The notes under the pieces were generated by a model. That model was not told the origin of the DNA. It was given only the letters and a program-made list of their open reading frames with translations, and did not search any database. Below are positions 61,001 to 64,000 of a stretch of 64,000 bases of DNA, one piece after another. This DNA comes from Marsupella aquatica (Eukaryota; Plantae; Marchantiophyta). Position 1 is the first letter of the stretch; each line of letters starts with the position of its first letter. The DNA is taken from NCBI GenBank assembly GCA_973895155.1, contig OZ316899.1, forward strand, positions 519,573-583,572. Direction: 5' to 3'. A program made the translations under genes and the position numbers.

Positions 61001-62760
61001 TGCATTGTTGCCGTTGCCGTTGCCGTTGTCGTTGCCGATGCCGATCTCTTTTCTTTCTCCAGTAGTTTCAGCAGACTCTGCATGCCTGGTTGCTGCATCG
61101 GCAAGTCCTCCTTCCTGGGCCTAAACACCTGCTCGATCGTAGGGCTAACAGGTGGTTGAGGCTTCTTTGCTACCGGCCTCGGTTCTGGAGCTTCCTCGAG
61201 TGCCCTTACCTGCAGGGGAAGTACTGGGGCAAAAGTCTGACCTCTGGCATACCGGCACAACAGCGGCATGTGATAGCCAAGCCGCGACACGCTCCCCATG
61301 CCGATTACCTGCTGCTCCTCCTTTAAGATCTTCTTCAATTGGTTGAGGAGGTACCCGTTGTAGTCCCGGCTTGGGTCTGGCCTCTCTGCCAGATAGACCT
61401 TGCCTTGCCGATCTCCGCCCTCGGCAAGTTACAATGCATGGTCACCCACAAGAAGTTGATCATCTCTCCTATGTGCGGGTTGGTGCAGGTGTTCCGGAAG
61501 AAGCCATTCTTCGTTGATGGCCCGGGGAACGACCGGAACTCCCTGTCAGGCAAGGTCTTCCTGGTATCAACTTTGGTCTTATTGCCTATCGGCAAGCCAA
61601 ACACTTCGGCAATCACTTTGGGGGTAAGATAGAAATCCTTCCCATATATCCTCGTGCAATTGGTCTCGGGTTCCCATGACCCCATGAATTCTAATAGGTC
61701 TGACTCCGGTACCTCCGGCTTCAGCCATGGTAATCTTACAAAGGCCTCTAAGCCGGATCCGGCCATGAAGCCTTGGTACTTCTTGGTCTGCATGGCCGTA
61801 AAGCATGCATCCTCCTCCCGTGCAAAATGTAGTTGCACCTCTACCGGTAGGGTTGCCGCCCAGCCCTTCCAGGTGTCATCCCTGGTTGGAATGGCCTTGA
61901 TGGGATCGACCTCCTCCTCTTCAGCTTCTCCCTGCCTCCTGCTCTGCTGCTCGGCTGGCTTCTTTGGTGCCGCCGACCTCGTTCTTTTTGCCGGGGTGGC
62001 TTCATCGTTGACGGCTCCCTTCCTCTTCATCTCTGCTGCTGTGGAGGTTTCTCCTAGCACTGTTGCCTGGGTCCACCTTTCCATGCTACCCTTCAATTCC
62101 CAGTGTATGTCGTTGCAGTTCTTGATGGCCTCTCGGATGCCGACGACGCTGTCTTTGCAAAACAGAAGATCGTCGAGCTGATTGGAAGTAGGAGTCCACA
62201 AGAACTCATCTTTGATGAGTTCGCCTCCTAAGAAAGCCGTCTTCTGCAGCTCCCACAATCGAGCGAGCTCCTGCCATTCTCGAGCTGCCCTTTCTGATTC
62301 CTCGTCCTCGTAAGTCTTGATGTACTCAGTTGCCCGTTCGAACAGGCATCCCCAAAAATGTGCCGCTTGATTGACGTTGCTCATACCCTCCTTAGGTCGA
62401 TCGTCGGTATCTACTCTCTCCCCGAGTGCTTGCCTAAGCAGCTGACAGTAGTTGGCCTCCCGTAGTCGTCTGCCTAGTTCGTGCTCGCAAATGAGCCACC
62501 ATCTCCTGCAAGCGCTCCTTACCCCTCTCCTCTTCAGGTCCTTCCTCCCGTTGATCCTTCCTAGCCGCCGACGCTTAACGTGCCCTAACCCTAATCGAGT
62601 TTTCACCCCCAGCGTCCTTACCTCCGGCCTCGGCCCGGGTTCCATGGTTGCCCCTAATTGTTTATATTTTCCTTGTTTTGTCCCTATACTAAGGTGTTTC
62701 TAGGGTGCCTTCCTGCTTTACCCACTTAACTGGTCGAGTGATTCCTGTCTAGGCATCACA
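58095..62760 (-). repeat. Giant 3' LTR (4666 bp) of B2
   Basis: Starts TGTGATGCC right after the PPT and ends GCACCACA (7/8 inverted repeat); same start as the solo LTR at 49230. Confidence 0.88.
59104..62645 (-). pseudogene. LTR-encoded ~1,180-codon ORF (PMD-like + coiled coil), one frameshift and two point stops
   Basis: 60436-61338, 59857-60429 and 59104-59799 share one frame separated by single TGA/TAG codons; frameshift near 61400 links to 61335-62645. Confidence 0.85.
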
Positions 62761-62773
62761 TAGCTCCCCACTT
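62761..62773 (-). promoter_or_regulatory. Polypurine tract of family B
   Basis: AAGTGGGGAGCTA between the integrase stop and the LTR-initial TG. Confidence 0.75.
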
Positions 62774-62800
62774 AATTGTGAAGCGTCCTCGCGAACAACT

Positions 62801-63983
62801 TCATCTTCGTCCATATAGTATTTCTTTGAGGCGGTCATAATGGATGTGAACTGGATACACCTCTCCCGTAATGTTGGCCAATTGTACGGATCCATTGGAG
62901 AACTTCATGGTTACTCTAAAGGGTCCTAACCAGTGAGTGTAAAGCTTTCCTGGAAACCTACTATACCTACTGTCATAAAGTAGCACAAGATCACCGGTGT
63001 GAATACTAACTACTTTCAACTTTTTATCATACTGCTGCTTCATGATATTCTGTCTATATTCTACTCTCTCGGCTGAAATCATTCTCGCCTCCTCTAAAGC
63101 TTCTAACCTATATTCTCGCTCCTTTAGGCTCTCCTCCGCTGAGGCTCTTTCCTCAATTGTAACTTGAAATGTCGGTATCTCAAGTTGCATGGGTACCAGG
63201 GCTTCTTGTCCAAAGGTTAAGAAGAAGGGTGTATGACCGGTAGTGGATTTATAGGCTAGATTGTAAGCAAAAATAGCAGCAAACAATTTATCATCCCAAT
63301 CGAGTTTGTTCTGAGCTACTGTCTTGTTCAATATCTTTCCTATAATTCCGTTTGCTCGTTCTGTCAACCCATTTGCCTTTGGGTGGTAGGGAGTAGTAGG
63401 CCTATGCCTAACTAAATACTGCTCATTTAAACGACTAATTATATCATTCAGAAAATGGGTTCCTCTATCACTAACTAATTCTAGGGGTGCTCCATACCTG
63501 GTGAAGATCTGCTCATACATGAATCTAGCCGTAGTAATTGCATCATCCTTCGTTGTCGGTCTGGCCTCTACCCATTTAGTTGCATAATCCGTAGCCAGGA
63601 TTATGTACTTGTTCCGTCGAGGGTGGGTCAGTGGTTTCAGAGGTCCGATGTAATCAATACCCCACTTCTCGAATGGTGCCAGAGGTAGAATAGGGTGTAG
63701 TGGATGTCTGGTGGACGCCCTTGGTCCTCCCGCTCGTTGACAAGGATCGCATTGTTTGATAAATTGATAGACATCCTTGTGCAAGGTGGGCCACCAATAA
63801 CCGGCATTTTAATATCTTCTTAGACATGGTTACTGGGGCAAAATGTCCTCCGGCCTCTTCTCCATGCATGGCCCGTAGGACTCGTTTTACCTCTCCCTTT
63901 TCCAAACACCTTTGAATCATGCCGTTGATTCCATGCTTGTGCAGTATGCCTTTAATGCACTGATACTGTCCGACCTTCCGCAC
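62801..63983 (-). pseudogene. pol: Integrase (HHCC zinc domain, DDE core, GPF motif, no chromodomain); one frameshift near 63800
   Basis: MHGEEAGGHF, CDPCQ, PFEKWGIDYIGP, LVSDRGTHF, YHPKANGLTERAN, WLGPFRV. Confidence 0.92.
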
Positions 63984-64000
63984 AAAGACTGCGGCTTGCT

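Larger units (their letters stand above)
58095..64000 (-). mobile_element. Ty3/gypsy non-chromoviral (Athila/Tat-like) element, family B copy B2; 5' part outside the window
   Basis: Integrase, PPT and a 4666-bp 3' LTR; inserted in the CACTA-2 transposase. Confidence 0.9.

Noticed and set aside
59104-62645. env-like interpretation of the post-integrase ORF
   Set aside because: No signal peptide or transmembrane segment visible; the ORF is inside the LTR and is charged/coiled-coil.
1-64000. CRISPR arrays, rRNA/tRNA genes or prokaryotic operons
   Set aside because: None seen; repeats are LTRs, subterminal motifs or degenerate minisatellites, and genes have spliceosomal introns.

Overview
Eukaryotic (land-plant, probably non-seed-plant; inferred) heterochromatin-like window: one intact host gene (8-exon clade-F-like PP2C, minus strand, CDS 20546-23618) inside a deeply nested transposon cluster. 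Elements resolved by termini/TSDs: (1) a chromodomain Ty3/gypsy element at 8005-16052 plus solo LTRs, whose family has non-canonical AGT...ACT termini fixed by three independent 5-bp TSDs; (2) a non-chromoviral Ty3/gypsy family with ~4.6-kb LTRs that themselves contain a ~1,150-1,180-codon ORF (PMD-like domain plus coiled coil), seen as a TSD-flanked solo LTR (49230-53839), a 3' LTR directly after integrase+PPT (58095-62760) and a partial copy (914-4611); (3) two divergent CACTA/En-Spm elements (28916-38476 complete with TIRs and TSD; ~47545 to at least 58094) that both carry a SET-domain exon between a shared Cys/His first exon and the transposase exons, with splice phases compatible with alternative splicing to SET or to transposase; plus LINE and older gypsy remnants and a minisatellite. 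All alignments and translations were done by eye; no database searches were run.
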